Below the pieces are notes generated by a model. That model did no database searches. It was not told the origin of the DNA and saw nothing but the letters and a program-made list of their open reading frames with translations. Below are positions 8,499 through 16,849 of a DNA stretch of 32,000 nt, piece by piece (the stretch's first letter is position 1; each line of letters begins with the position of its first letter). Location of the stretch: the NCBI RefSeq assembly GCF_000012905.2, contig NC_007494.2, forward strand, positions 90,001 to 122,000, read 5' to 3'. Source of the stretch: Cereibacter sphaeroides 2.4.1 (GTDB lineage Bacteria > Pseudomonadota > Alphaproteobacteria > Rhodobacterales > Rhodobacteraceae). The position numbers and the translations under genes were made by a program.

Positions 8499-9402
8499 GC
8501 GCGGCCTCCCGGTGTTTCTGCAGCCGCCGGCCGAAGGCCTGGCTCGTGCGGTCGAAGACGATGGCGATGGCCACGAGGGCGAAGCCGTTCATGAAGCCCA
8601 GCGTGAAGAACTGGTTGTTGATGGCCTGCAGCACGTTCTTGCCGAGACCGCCCACGCCCACCATCGAGGCCACGACGACCATCGAAAGCGACATCATGAT
8701 CGTCTGGTTCACCCCGGTCATCAGCGCGGGCAGCGCCAGCGGCAGCTGCACGTTCCAGAGCTTCTGGCGCGCTGACGAGCCGAAGGCCTCGGCCGCCTCC
8801 AGCACCTCGGCATCGACGAGCCGGATGCCGAGATTGGTCAGGCGGATCATGGGCGGCACGGCATAGATCACCACGGCGATCATGCCCGGCACCTTGCCGA
8901 TGCCGAAGATCACCACGACGGGAATGAGATAGACGAAGGAGGGCAGCGTCTGCATCACGTCGAGCACGGGATTGACGAGGCGCTGCATCCGGTCGGAGCG
9001 GGCCGCGAGGATGCCGATGGGCAGGCCGATGATGACGGCGGCGACGGTGCAGACCGACACCATGGCGAGCGTCACCATCGTGTCCTCCCACAGGCCGAAC
9101 CAGCCGATGGCGCACATGGCCACCGCCGAGCCCGCGACGATCCGCCAGCTGCGCGATCCGGCCCAGACGATGGCGAGGAGCACCGCGAGCACGACGATCC
9201 AGGGGGTGGAGGTGAAGGCGCGCTCGATGGCGTTCAGCGCCAGCTGAAGCGGCGCGGTGGCCGTGTCGATCGCGTCGGAGAAGCTGCGCACGAGGTCGCG
9301 GAAGCTTCCGTCGATGGTCTTGCGCATCATGCGCAGGGTTCTGCCGTCCAGCGCGGGAAACTGGCAGAAGGCTTCGGGCAAGCTCCAGCAGGCGGAGGCC
9401 AT
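8491..9402 (-). CDS. proW: Glycine betaine/proline ABC transporter permease
   Basis: 303 aa from ATG 9402 (SD GAGAGGAA). The longer ORF to 9561 would run into proX and is Arg/Pro-rich. It has multiple TM segments and an EAA-loop-like VLEAAEAFGSSARQKLWNVQLPLALP. Confidence 0.9.
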   Translation of the reverse strand: MASACWSLPEAFCQFPALDGRTLRMMRKTIDGSFRDLVRSFSDAIDTATAPLQLALNAIERAFTSTPWIVVLAVLLAIVWAGSRSWRIVAGSAVAMCAIGWFGLWEDTMVTLAMVSVCTVAAVIIGLPIGILAARSDRMQRLVNPVLDVMQTLPSFVYLIPVVVIFGIGKVPGMIAVVIYAVPPMIRLTNLGIRLVDAEVLEAAEAFGSSARQKLWNVQLPLALPALMTGVNQTIMMSLSMVVVASMVGVGGLGKNVLQAINNQFFTLGFMNGFALVAIAIVFDRTSQAFGRRLQKHREAAHD

Positions 9403-9469
9403 CCTGTTCCTCTCGGGTAAGGTCAATGAACGAAGCCGGGCAGGGACTGCCCGGCTTCGGGTCGGGCGG

Positions 9470-10471
9470 TCAGAGCGCCGCGGCGACCCGGTCGGCCACG
9501 TCGGCCGGAAGCCAGGCGCGCCAGAGGTCGGGATAGGTCTCGAGGAAATGGTAGGCCGCATCCTCGTTGGTGGCCTGGCTCTCGTCCATCCAGGCGAGAA
9601 TCTGGCCCACCGTCTCGTTGCTCCAGCTGCGGGCCTTCACATAGTCCATGGCCACACCGGCCTTCTCGGCGAAGGAGGGCGTGACGGCGGTGAAGACCTC
9701 GGACACCGGATAGGAGTTCACCTCGGGATCGGCGCAGTCCGGCACCGCGGTGCAGGCATCCCAGGCGGCCTTGTCGTGCGGCACCGAGAAGGGCAGGCGC
9801 ACCATGTCGTATTTGCCGAGGATCGCCGTCGGCGCCCAGTAATAGCCGAGCCAGCCCGCCTCGCGCTCGTAGGCATTGGCGATCGAGCCGTCGAGCCCCG
9901 CGGCCGAGCCCGTGTCCACGAGATCGAAGCCGTGGTCTTCGGCGCCGAGCGCCCGGAACAGGTTCTCGGTCGAGACCTGGCAGTTCCAGCCCGAGGGGCA
10001 GTTGTGGACGGCGCCGCGCGAAGCATCCTCGGGGGCGGGGAAGAGATCGGGATGCTCCAGCGCCTTCTCGACACTGTCGATCTCGGGGTGGGCCTCGGCG
10101 AGGTAACGCGGGATCCACCAGCCCTCGACGCCGCCGTCCTTCAGGATCTGCGCCGCGACGACCATGCGCCCCTCCTCGACCGCCGCCTCGAGCGGGGTGC
10201 GCACGGCATTGACCCAGAGTTCGGGCGCCATGTCGGGCTCGCCCTTTTCGTTCATCGAGGTGAAGGTGGGCATCGTGTCGCCGGCCACCAGCTCGACCGT
10301 GCAGCCGAACCCTTCCTCGAGGATGATCTTGTCGACCTGGGCCGCGACGCCGGCCGAGGCCCAGTTCATCTCGGCGATGCTGATCCGGCCGCAGTCTTCG
10401 GCCGCCCAGGCGGGAGCCGCGAGGGCTGCGAAGGATACGGCGAGGCAACCGGAAGCGAGGCGCTTCGTCAT
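9470..10471 (-). CDS. proX: Glycine betaine/choline-type ABC transporter periplasmic substrate-binding protein
   Basis: 333 aa from ATG 10471 (SD AGGAGA). The signal peptide is MTKRLASGCLAVSFAALAAPAWA. OpuAC-family features include ISIAEMNWASAGV and GWLGYYWAP. The 513-aa ORF extension is rejected. Confidence 0.9.
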   Translation of the reverse strand: MTKRLASGCLAVSFAALAAPAWAAEDCGRISIAEMNWASAGVAAQVDKIILEEGFGCTVELVAGDTMPTFTSMNEKGEPDMAPELWVNAVRTPLEAAVEEGRMVVAAQILKDGGVEGWWIPRYLAEAHPEIDSVEKALEHPDLFPAPEDASRGAVHNCPSGWNCQVSTENLFRALGAEDHGFDLVDTGSAAGLDGSIANAYEREAGWLGYYWAPTAILGKYDMVRLPFSVPHDKAAWDACTAVPDCADPEVNSYPVSEVFTAVTPSFAEKAGVAMDYVKARSWSNETVGQILAWMDESQATNEDAAYHFLETYPDLWRAWLPADVADRVAAAL

Positions 10472-11327
10472 GGACGTTCTCCTGTCATTGCGGCACGCAT
10501 GAGACGATCGCCGGCGTGCCGCGGACACCGGAAATCCTGTGGATTGTCTGAGCCCGCTCGATGCACCGGAAGGCGCGGGGCTGTTGGCCATGCCGGGCCG
10601 CCGGAGCGGCCCGCGGGCCCCGGATGCAGGGCATCCGGTGGGTCGAGCGCGGGCGGCGGGCCGAAGGCCTGCGCCGCAATCGCACTCAAAGCTCCGCCGA
10701 CGCAGAGCGCCGCGGCTGCGGGCGCAGGATGCACCCGGCAGTGTGGGCGTACGAGCGCCCGAAAGGGGATGGACGCGCGCTGCGTCCGGCGAAGGATGAA
10801 CACGCCCCGCAGGGCGGTGCGCAAGAATATGCCGAAACCGACAGGCCATGTCGTAAATGAAACATCGAGCCGGTGCAACCCGTTGCGTGACAGGCCCCTC
10901 CGCCCCTGTCGCCGCGCGACCGGCCGGCCTGTCTTCTGCCACCCGCCGGACGCGACCCAGGCGCGAGCGGAATCCCGCACGGCTCAATCTGAGGTTTTTC
11001 GGGCGCCGCACGAGTGCGTTACGTCACCTCTGCAACCTGGAGCGATCGGCCTTTTGAGGCTTGTCATGCTGCCCGGACGCGTTACGCTTTAATCCATCGC
11101 AAGGACCCGGTGTGATTCCGGGTGGCTCTTCCGGCCGCTGATCCGCCGGACCACGCTCGACCCTCTTCGATCCGAAGATGTGAGCCCGACATTGCATGCA
11201 GCCCACGGCGGCGGTTCCATTATCGGAGCCGGTCCCGAGGCGCTGGGATCTGACGACCCTCTCCGACGATCCCGTCCCGCAGCCGCGGGTGCCCTGACAT
11301 GTCGCGTGGTCTTCCGATCGATGGAAC

Positions 11328-12005
11328 ATGACGCTTGCCAGGATATTCATGACGAAGACTTTCGAACCTGTTTCTTCCGCCGCGGATCCGCGGCCCGAGG
11401 CGGTCTCGCCCGCGCGCGAGATCCTTCTCGAACGAATGCTCGAGGCGCCCTTCGACGGCGACGAGGCGGCGATGATCCGCGCCGTGGGCTTCCGCTTCCT
11501 GATCGGCGAGGATTTCCGCACGCATGAGCGCGACCCCTTCGCCCCCGGTCTCCACACGCTCTGGATCCACCGTATCGGGGTTCATGCCGACAATCTGCGC
11601 CCGCCGCTGCGCCAGATCGCGCGGGCCGTGCACAGGCTGGGCCAGCTCTTCTGCCGCAATTTCTACGGCATCGAGATCGAGCGCAGCGTCCGCGTGGGCC
11701 GCAGGCTCGAGATCGGCCACCAGAGCGGCATCGTGATCCACCGCCACGCCACCATCGGCCACAATTGCGTCATCCGGCAGGGCGTGACCTTCGGCGTCGG
11801 CACCGACTGGATCGAGGGCAAGGGGCCGGTGATCGGCAACGGCGTGCGCTTCGGCGTGGGCTCGGTGGTGATGGGCAACGTCACCATCGGCGACCGGGTG
11901 ACCGTGGGGCCGAACTGCGTGATCTCGTCCGACGTGGCGCCGGACTGCACGCTCTTCCTGCCGCCGCCGCGCGTGCTGCCCAAGGCGCGCCCGGCGACCG
12001 CCTGA
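11328..12005 (+). CDS. Hexapeptide-repeat (left-handed beta-helix) acyl/acetyltransferase, serine-O-acetyltransferase-like
   Basis: The CysE-like core is GIEIERSVRVGRRLEIGHQSGIVIHRHATIGHNCVIRQGVTFGVG...GPVIGNGVRFGVGSVVMGNVTIGDRVTVGPNCVI. The first ATG is at 11328. An alternative ATG at 11349 has a better AGGA spacer. Confidence 0.8.
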   Translation: MTLARIFMTKTFEPVSSAADPRPEAVSPAREILLERMLEAPFDGDEAAMIRAVGFRFLIGEDFRTHERDPFAPGLHTLWIHRIGVHADNLRPPLRQIARAVHRLGQLFCRNFYGIEIERSVRVGRRLEIGHQSGIVIHRHATIGHNCVIRQGVTFGVGTDWIEGKGPVIGNGVRFGVGSVVMGNVTIGDRVTVGPNCVISSDVAPDCTLFLPPPRVLPKARPATA

Positions 12006-12031
12006 CCTTTATTTTCAACGGAGGAATTTTG

Positions 12032-12343
12032 ATGACGACCGACCCGAACCGGCTTCTCGCCGCGCTCCACGAGGCTGTGGCCGAGGTGAACCTCTCGCTG
12101 CCGCCCGAGCGCCAGATCGCGACCGATCCGGATGCCGTGCTCTATGGCGAGGGCAGCCCGCTCGATTCGCTGGGCCTCGTGAATTTCGTGATGGCGGCCG
12201 AGCAGCATGTGGGCGACGCGACCGGCCTCGACATTGTGCTGGCCTCGGAAGCGGCCATGTCGCGCAAGCGCAGCCCCTACCGCAGCCTGCGCAGCCTCGC
12301 CGACTATGCGGCCGAATGCGCCGCCGGAGCGCAGCAGGCATGA
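12032..12343 (+). CDS. Acyl carrier protein-like (phosphopantetheine attachment motif)
   Basis: 103 aa with SD GGAGGA at 12019-12024. It has the carrier-protein motif GSPLDSLGLVNFV (DSL serine). Its stop overlaps the start of the next gene (ATGA at 12340-12343). Confidence 0.75.
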   Translation: MTTDPNRLLAALHEAVAEVNLSLPPERQIATDPDAVLYGEGSPLDSLGLVNFVMAAEQHVGDATGLDIVLASEAAMSRKRSPYRSLRSLADYAAECAAGAQQA

Positions 12344-13035
12344 GCCGCGTCATCGCCATCACCGGCACGCGCAAGGGCATCGGCCGCGCGCTGGCCGAGA
12401 CCTATCTCGCGCGCGGCTGGACCGTCGTCGGCTGCTCGCGCGATGCGAGCGACCTCACGCACCCGGCCTATCGCCACTACACGCTCGACGTGGCCGACGA
12501 GCGGGCGGTCGCGGGCATGATGCAGGATGTGCGCCGGACGCATGGACGGCTCGACGCGCTTCTGAACAATGCCGGCATCGCCTCGATGAACCATGCGCTG
12601 CTGACCCCCGGCAGCACGGTCGAGCGGGTGTTCGCGACCAATGTCTTCGGCACCTTCCTGTTCTGCCGCGAGGCCGCCAAGCTGATGGGCCGCCGCCGCA
12701 CCGGCCGGATCGTGAACTTCGCCACCGTGGCCACGCCGCTCAAGCTCGAGGGCGAGGCGGTCTATGCCGCCTCCAAGGCCGCGGTCGTGTCGCTGACCGA
12801 GGTGCTGGCGCGCGAGCTGGCGCCCATGGGCATCACCGTCAATGCCGTGGGGCCGACCCCGGTGCCCACCGACCTCGTCGGCGCCGTGCCCGAGGAGAAG
12901 ATGCGCGCGCTGATCGCCCGGCAGGCCATTCCGCGCTACGGCAAGATGGAGGATGTGCTCAACGTCTGCGACTTCTTCCTGCGCGACGAATCCGATTTCG
13001 TGACCGGCCAGACGATCTATCTCGGAGGGGTCTGA
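12340..13035 (+). CDS. Short-chain dehydrogenase/reductase (FabG-like)
   Basis: 231 aa with the cofactor motif ITGTRKGIGRA, NNAG, and the catalytic YAASKAAV (Y-x3-K). Confidence 0.9.
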   Translation: MSRVIAITGTRKGIGRALAETYLARGWTVVGCSRDASDLTHPAYRHYTLDVADERAVAGMMQDVRRTHGRLDALLNNAGIASMNHALLTPGSTVERVFATNVFGTFLFCREAAKLMGRRRTGRIVNFATVATPLKLEGEAVYAASKAAVVSLTEVLARELAPMGITVNAVGPTPVPTDLVGAVPEEKMRALIARQAIPRYGKMEDVLNVCDFFLRDESDFVTGQTIYLGGV

Positions 13036-13036
13036 G

Positions 13037-14377
13037 ATGGCCGATGCGCTCGCCACGCTCTTCGCCCGGATGGCCGCAGCGGAGGGGAAGACCGCGCTGA
13101 TCGAGGCCGACGGCACGGCGGTCTCCTATGCCGCGCTCCTTCGCCGGGTGGAGGAGGCCCTGACGCGACTGGCCTGCGAGGGTGTGCCCCGCGGCGCCTC
13201 GGTCCAGCTCTGCGGCGATTTCGGCGCGGCCTCCGTGGTCTGGCTGCTCGCGCTCTGGCGGCACGGGGCCTGCGTCTCGCCGGTGGCGCCCACGAGCTTC
13301 GAGCGGCGCGCGGACTTCGCCGCCGTGGCCCGGGCGAGCTGGCGGATCGAGGCCGCGGACGAGGGGCTGGAGCGGCTCGGCGGCGGCTCGGACCATCCGC
13401 TCCTCGACCGGCTCCGCGCCGAGGGGGCGCCGGGGCTCGTCATCTTCACCTCCGGCACGACCGGGGCGCCCAAGGGCGCCGTCCATGACATGCGCCGCCT
13501 CCTCGGCAAGTTCGCCGCTCCCGGCAAGGATCTGGTGACGCTGGCCTTCCTGCTCTTCGACCATATCGCCGGGATCGACACGCTCCTCTATGCGCTGTCG
13601 AATGGCTCGACGCTCGTCTGCCTGCCCGACCGGTCCGTGCCCACGGTGATGGACCGCATCCGCCGCCATCGGGTCGAGGTGCTGCCCACCGCGCCCTCGT
13701 TCCTCAATCTCCTGCTCCTGAACGCGGGCGAGGGCCTGTCGCTGCCCAGCCTGCGCATCGTGACCTACGGCGCCGAGACCATGCCGCAGGCGCTGCTCGA
13801 GCGGTTGGCCGACGCACTGCCCGGCGTGCAGCTGACCCAGAAATACGGCACCTCCGAGCTCGGCGCCCTGCGCTCGCGCTCCGAGGGCGGGCGGTCGCTC
13901 TGGATCCGGCTCGAGGGGGCAGGGACCGCCTGGCGCGTGGTCGAGGGCCGGCTCGAGATCCGCACCGCAACCGCGATGCTGGGCTATCTGAACGCGCCCG
14001 ATCCCTTCACCGCGGACGGCTGGTATCGAACCGGCGATCTGGTCGAAGTGGAGGGCGACCGGCTGCGGTTCCTCGGCCGGGCGGGCGACACGATCAACGT
14101 GGGCGGCCAGAAGGTGCTTCCCGCCGAGGTCGAGGGCGCGCTTCTGGCGCTGCCGGGCGTGGCCGAGGCGGCCGTCCATGGCGCGCCGCATCCGATCCTC
14201 GGCGCGGTCGTCGTGGCCCGGGTGCGGATGGCCGAAGCCGGGCTCGCCCCGGCCGAGCAGCGCACGGCCCTGCGGCGCGGGCTCGCCGGGCGGCTCGAAC
14301 CCTACAAGATCCCCCAGAAGATCGAGATCGTGGCCGAGGCGCTGACGACCGAGCGGTTCAAGCAGAAGCGGGGCTGA
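13037..14377 (+). CDS. Adenylate-forming enzyme (AMP-dependent synthetase/ligase, short form)
   Basis: 446 aa, starting 1 nt after the SDR stop. ANL-superfamily motifs are present: IFTSGTTGAPKG, YGTSELG, WYRTGD, GRAGDTINVGGQKV. Confidence 0.9.
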   Translation: MADALATLFARMAAAEGKTALIEADGTAVSYAALLRRVEEALTRLACEGVPRGASVQLCGDFGAASVVWLLALWRHGACVSPVAPTSFERRADFAAVARASWRIEAADEGLERLGGGSDHPLLDRLRAEGAPGLVIFTSGTTGAPKGAVHDMRRLLGKFAAPGKDLVTLAFLLFDHIAGIDTLLYALSNGSTLVCLPDRSVPTVMDRIRRHRVEVLPTAPSFLNLLLLNAGEGLSLPSLRIVTYGAETMPQALLERLADALPGVQLTQKYGTSELGALRSRSEGGRSLWIRLEGAGTAWRVVEGRLEIRTATAMLGYLNAPDPFTADGWYRTGDLVEVEGDRLRFLGRAGDTINVGGQKVLPAEVEGALLALPGVAEAAVHGAPHPILGAVVVARVRMAEAGLAPAEQRTALRRGLAGRLEPYKIPQKIEIVAEALTTERFKQKRG

Positions 14378-14507
14378 CCCCGCCACCGGACCCCGCCGCC
14401 GCCCCAGGCGCGTTTCCTGATCCTGCGGCGAAAGTCTCCCGACGGCTCCTTCCGTTGCGGCGGACTTGTGCCGAGACCACCGGGTTTGTCTGGCGCTGCA
14501 CAGTCTC

Positions 14508-14529
14508 GCATGATATTGCACGTTCATGC
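14508..14529. promoter_or_regulatory. Inverted repeat GCATGA-N10-TCATGC overlapping the DeoR start codon (candidate autoregulatory operator)
   Basis: The perfect 6-bp arms are read directly and sit in the only AT-richer patch upstream of 14526. The function is inferred. Confidence 0.3.
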
Positions 14530-15308
14530 ACGTTTCCCCCGATCTTCCCCGCGCCCGGCGCACCCTCATCGCCGAGCGCCTGCGCGCGGGCCAGCCCGTC
14601 GTGGCCGCCGCGCTGGCCGAGGAATTCGGCGTCTCCGAGGATTCGATCCGCCGCGATCTCCGCTCCCTCGCACAGGAGGGGCTCTGCCAGCGCGTCTACG
14701 GCGGCGCCCTGCCGCTCTCGCCGGCCTCGACCCCCATCGGGGCAAGGCTGGGCGAGGAGGCCGCGCGCAAGCACGCCCTGGCCCGCTGCGCGGTGGATCT
14801 CATCCGGCCGGACCAGACCCTGTTCCTCGATGCGGGCAGCACGCTCGTGCCGCTGGCCGGGCTGCTGCCCGAAGGGCAGGGGCTGCGCGTCGTCACCAAT
14901 TCCATCCCGGCCGCCGCCGCCCTGATCGGGCGCAGCGGCATCGCGCTGGTCCTGATCGGGGGCGGCGTCACCATGAGCGTCGGCGGAGCCGTCGATGCGC
15001 AGGCTCTGTCCGAGCTCGCACGCCTGCGGATCGACCTCTGCTTCCTCGGCGCCTGCGCCCTGTCTCCCGAAGAGGGGCTCGCGGGCTTCGAGATGGACGA
15101 TGTCGCCTTCAAGCGCCAGCTCCTGCGGCAGAGCCGGACGAGCGTGCTGATGATGACGAACGGCAAGCTCGGCACGCAGGCTCCCTTCGCCATCGCCCGC
15201 GCGGACGAGATCGGCCACTACATCCTCGAGGCCGACGCGCCCGCAGAGATGGAGCTGCGGCTCCGCCGGACCGGCGCCACCGTGCTCCGCGCGGCCCCGC
15301 CCGCCTGA
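14526..15308 (+). CDS. DeoR-family transcriptional regulator
   Basis: 260 aa with an N-terminal HTH (VAAALAEEFGVSEDSIRRDLRSLAQEGLCQRVYGGA) and a DeoR C-terminal sensor domain (LFLDAGSTLVPLAGLL...VVTNS). Confidence 0.9.
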   Translation: MHVSPDLPRARRTLIAERLRAGQPVVAAALAEEFGVSEDSIRRDLRSLAQEGLCQRVYGGALPLSPASTPIGARLGEEAARKHALARCAVDLIRPDQTLFLDAGSTLVPLAGLLPEGQGLRVVTNSIPAAAALIGRSGIALVLIGGGVTMSVGGAVDAQALSELARLRIDLCFLGACALSPEEGLAGFEMDDVAFKRQLLRQSRTSVLMMTNGKLGTQAPFAIARADEIGHYILEADAPAEMELRLRRTGATVLRAAPPA

Positions 15309-15311
15309 GAA

Positions 15312-15432
15312 GGCCCGATCTCCCTCGGCCTGCCTCTCCTTCAGCCCGATCTCTCTCCGCTCGTCTCCCTCGGCCCGATCTCCCACAGACCGTCCATCCT
15401 CAGCCCGATCTCTCGCAGCCTGTCCCCTCCAG
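15312..15432 (+). repeat. Phased direct repeats: core GCCCGATCTC four times at 29-31 bp spacing (two degenerate ~60-bp superunits)
   Basis: The cores start at 15313, 15344, 15373 and 15403. A second motif, CCCCGCAAG, follows at 15451, 15510 and 15524. The plus strand is about 70% pyrimidine by hand count. Confidence 0.75.
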
Positions 15433-15577
15433 CCGTTCCCCTCAACCCTTCCCCGCAAGTCTGTCCCGTCAGCCTGTTGTCCCCACGAGTCCCGTCCGCT
15501 TCCGCCTGTCCCCGCAAGCCGGTCCCCGCAAGTCCCTTCCCCTTCCGCCCGTCCCCCTCCCGCATACGAGACCTCCC

Positions 15578-16711
15578 ATGCCGCCTTCCGCCGATACGCC
15601 CGCCACCCGCCTTGCCACCCGGCTGGCCTTCTTTGCGGCGGGCTTCGCCATGTCCTGCTGGGCGCCGCTCGTCCCCTTCGCCAAGGCGCGCACCGGCGTC
15701 GACGAGGCCGAGCTGGGGCTGCTCCTCCTCTGCCTCGGGATCGGCTCGCTGGTGGCCATGCCCGTGACCGGCTGGATCAGTGCGCGGACGGGCTCGCGCC
15801 CGATGATCCTGCTGGGCGGCGCGGGGATGGTGCTCTGCCTGCCGCTCCTTGCCGCCTCGGGCGAGGCCTGGCTGCTCGCGCTGGCGCTCCTTCTGTTCGG
15901 CGCCTCGCTCGGCACCCTCGACGTGGCGATGAACGTTCATGCGGTCGCGGTCGAGCGCGCCTCGGACCGGCCGCTGATGTCTGGCTTTCACGCCCTCTTC
16001 AGCGTGGGCGGCTTCGCGGGGGCGGGGCTGATGACGCTTCTCCTCTGGCAGGGCCTGTCACCCTTCGCGGCCTCGCTTGTGGGCAGCGCGGTGGCGCTGG
16101 CCGCGGTGCTGGCGGCCGGGCCCCGGCTTCTGCGCGCGCAGGGGGGCGAGCCGCCGAAGCTCGCGGTGCCGCGGGCGGCGGTGCTGCTGCTCGCGGGCCT
16201 CGCCGCCGTGACCTTCCTCGTCGAGGGGGCGCTGCTCGACTGGGGCGCGCTTCTCCTCGTCGGCCGCGCGCTGGTCGAGCCGGCGCAGGGCGGCCTCGGC
16301 TACATGCTCTTCTCGGTCGCGATGACCGTGGGGCGTCTCACCGGCGACCGGATCGTGATGGCGCTCGGCGACCGGCGGGTGCTCTTCTACGGCGGGCTCC
16401 TCACACTCGCGGGCTTTGCGCTGCTCCTCCTGTCCGACTGGCGGCCGGGCGCGCTCGCGGGCTTCGTGCTGATCGGCTGCGGCGCCTCGAACATCGTGCC
16501 GGTCCTCTTCAGCCTCGCCGGGCGCCAGACGGTCATGCCGCCCGCGCTGGCCATCGCGGCGGTGACGACCACGGGCTATGCGGGCATCCTCGCCGGCCCG
16601 GCGCTCATGGGCTTCGTCTCTCATGCGACGAGCCTGCCGCTCGCCTTCTGGATGCTCGCGCTCCTGATGGCGCTGGTGCCCGCCACGGCGCGCATCGTGG
16701 CGAGGAACTGA
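15578..16711 (+). CDS. MFS transporter (12-TM-type, YbjJ-like)
   Basis: 377 aa from ATG 15578 and hydrophobic throughout (e.g. LLLLCLGIGSLVAMPVTGWI, GFHALFSVGGFAGAG). The upstream in-frame open stretch contains no ATG/GTG/TTG/CTG start codon. Confidence 0.85.
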   Translation: MPPSADTPATRLATRLAFFAAGFAMSCWAPLVPFAKARTGVDEAELGLLLLCLGIGSLVAMPVTGWISARTGSRPMILLGGAGMVLCLPLLAASGEAWLLALALLLFGASLGTLDVAMNVHAVAVERASDRPLMSGFHALFSVGGFAGAGLMTLLLWQGLSPFAASLVGSAVALAAVLAAGPRLLRAQGGEPPKLAVPRAAVLLLAGLAAVTFLVEGALLDWGALLLVGRALVEPAQGGLGYMLFSVAMTVGRLTGDRIVMALGDRRVLFYGGLLTLAGFALLLLSDWRPGALAGFVLIGCGASNIVPVLFSLAGRQTVMPPALAIAAVTTTGYAGILAGPALMGFVSHATSLPLAFWMLALLMALVPATARIVARN

Positions 16712-16849
16712 TGCCCTCGCAGGATCTTGATAGGGCGTGAGGGCCGCGCGCCTTCGCCGGGACGGACGGCATCTCCAGATAGACGGGGCGCGGACCGTTC
16801 CGGCACGCCGCCTTGTCCCGAATGCCGTCCTGCAGCGAAGGTCCAGCGC

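Noticed and set aside
9403-11011. N-terminal extensions offered by the ORF track for proW (to 9561), proX (to 11011), the FMN reductase (to 19779), the LysR regulator (to 1805), the glycerate kinase (from 19904), egtB (from 26731) and the MFS gene (from 14468).
   Set aside because: The extensions overlap neighbouring genes or are compositionally non-protein-like. Internal ATGs with good Shine-Dalgarno spacing coincide with the recognisable protein N-termini (signal peptides, Rossmann or HTH starts).
15312-15432. A CRISPR array, considered because of the ~30-bp periodic repeats here and the tandem repeat at 24827-25012.
   Set aside because: The conserved core here is only about 10-13 bp and the spacers are related to each other. 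The 24827-25012 units abut with no spacers at all. No cas genes are present in the window.
15309-15577. A Pro-rich N-terminal extension of the MFS transporter, encoded in-frame by the repeat array (..RPDLPRPASPS..RPDLPQTVHPQPDLSQPVP..).
   Set aside because: The frame is open, but I found no ATG, GTG, TTG or CTG codon in that frame between the DeoR stop and ATG 15578. The periodic PDL peptide simply mirrors the DNA repeat.
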